From NCBI RefSeq assembly GCF_001194135.2, contig NC_069004.1:14878851-14942850 (forward strand): 64,000 nt of DNA, written 5' to 3'. The position numbers and the translations under genes were made by a program. The notes beneath the pieces were generated by a model. That model saw only the letters and a program-made list of their open reading frames with translations. It made no database searches and had not been told where the DNA came from. Shown here in pieces: positions 62,769-64,000 of the stretch. Origin of the DNA: Octopus bimaculoides (lineage: Eukaryota). Each line of letters opens with the position of its first letter. Position 1 is the first letter of the stretch.

Positions 62769-63515
62769 GTTTAACNNNNNNNNNNNNNNNNNNNNNNNNN
62801 NNNNNNNNNNNNNNNNNNNNNNNNNNNNNNNNNNNNNNNNNNNNNNNNNNNNNNNNNNNNNNNNNNNNNNNNNNNNNNNNNNNNNNNNNNNNNNNNNNNN
62901 NNNNNNNNNNNNNNNNNNNNNNNNNNNNNNNNNNNNNNNNNNNNNNNNNNNNNNNNNNNNNNNNNNNNNNNNNNNNNNNNNNNNNNNNNNNNNNNNNNNN
63001 NTCTGGCAGAGTTTCTACAGCTGGATGCCAACCACTCCGAGAGTGCAGTGGGTGCTTTTACATGCTACCGGCACAAGGGCCAGTCAGGTGGTATTAGCAA
63101 CGGCCACGCTCAAATAGTGTTTTTTACATGCCACCTGCACAGGAGTCAGTCCAGTGGCACTGGCAACAACCTGAGTAATCCAAGGCTATTTTAGAAGACA
63201 CTTGCTTTAGATGCCACACAGTGGACTGAACCCAGAACCATGTTGTTAAGAAGCAAGCTTCTTACCACATAGCCATACTTGCACTTATATTTTGTTCACT
63301 TTCCTTTTTTTATTTCCATGCTTGCATGATTTTGACAGATGTGTTATTGAAGCACTGATTTACTGCTGGATGCTCTTTTTGTCACTAACCCTTACTTGTT
63401 TTCAACTAAGGGACCTTAGCTCAAGAGACTTAAAGTAAGCAGGTGATTTGTTAACAGAGCCATCAATAACAACATCTATATACTACGGTTTCTGTAGAAT
63501 CAAGAAAGATGTAAT

Positions 63516-63550
<35 letters not shown>

Positions 63551-63610
63551 CTAACCATACATACACACACCCACACGCACAGCCCTACCCATGTGTATAC
63601 ACACACAGAG

Positions 63611-63838
63611 TGGCGAGCTGGTAGAAACGTTAGCATGCCAGGCGAAATGCTTAGCGGTATTTCGTCTGCCGCTATGTTCTGAGTTCAAATTCTGCTGAGG
63701 TCGACTTTGCCTTTCATCCTTTCAGGGTCAATTAATAAGTACCAGTTATGCACTGGGGTCGATGTAATCGACTTAATCCGTTTGTCTGTCCTTGTTTGTC
63801 CCCTCTGTGTGTAGCCCCTTGTGGGTAGTAAAGAAATA
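63611..63838 (+). mobile_element. SINE family B with short TSD acacagag
   Basis: Near-identical to the 59973 and 30510 copies. Confidence 0.85.
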
Positions 63839-64000
63839 ACACAGAGCCCTACTCGTGTATACACACACACAGCCCGACTCACTCACACACACACACATAA
63901 TTGCACATAAAACACAACAGTCTTCTTTCAGTTTCCGTCTACTGAATTCATACGCAAGACTTTGGTCAGCCCAGGGCTGGAGTAGAAGACACTTTTGCCT

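Overview
AT-rich, gap-ridden eukaryotic draft-assembly sequence made almost entirely of interspersed repeats and microsatellites. The repeat families look like octopus/coleoid cephalopod repeats (inference from memory; no database search was run). No intact protein-coding gene, rRNA, tRNA or CRISPR can be supported, and nearly all ORFs in the supplied track are microsatellite or N-gap artefacts. Supported content: (i) dozens of tRNA-derived SINE copies from about 4 head types with swappable tails; (ii) many decayed RTE-clade LINE fragments; (iii) a 5'-truncated R4/Dong retrotransposon (CCHC finger + restriction-like endonuclease) in a (TAA)n tract, plus several other elements bounded by (TAA)n; (iv) a dead piggyBac-type transposase and TTAA-flanked MITEs; (v) hAT- and Tc1/mariner-type MITEs; (vi) a long fold-back palindrome; (vii) mini- and microsatellites. 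Best leads: a (TAA)n-targeted retroelement set (Dong, a chimeric Dong 3' end, an unexplained 556-bp ORF-less passenger), a decayed minimal type-I hammerhead ribozyme fold in a Penelope-like remnant, and an RTE family whose 3' end is a tandem ~156-bp multimer at two independent loci. A few splice-site-bounded candidate exons are reported at low confidence.
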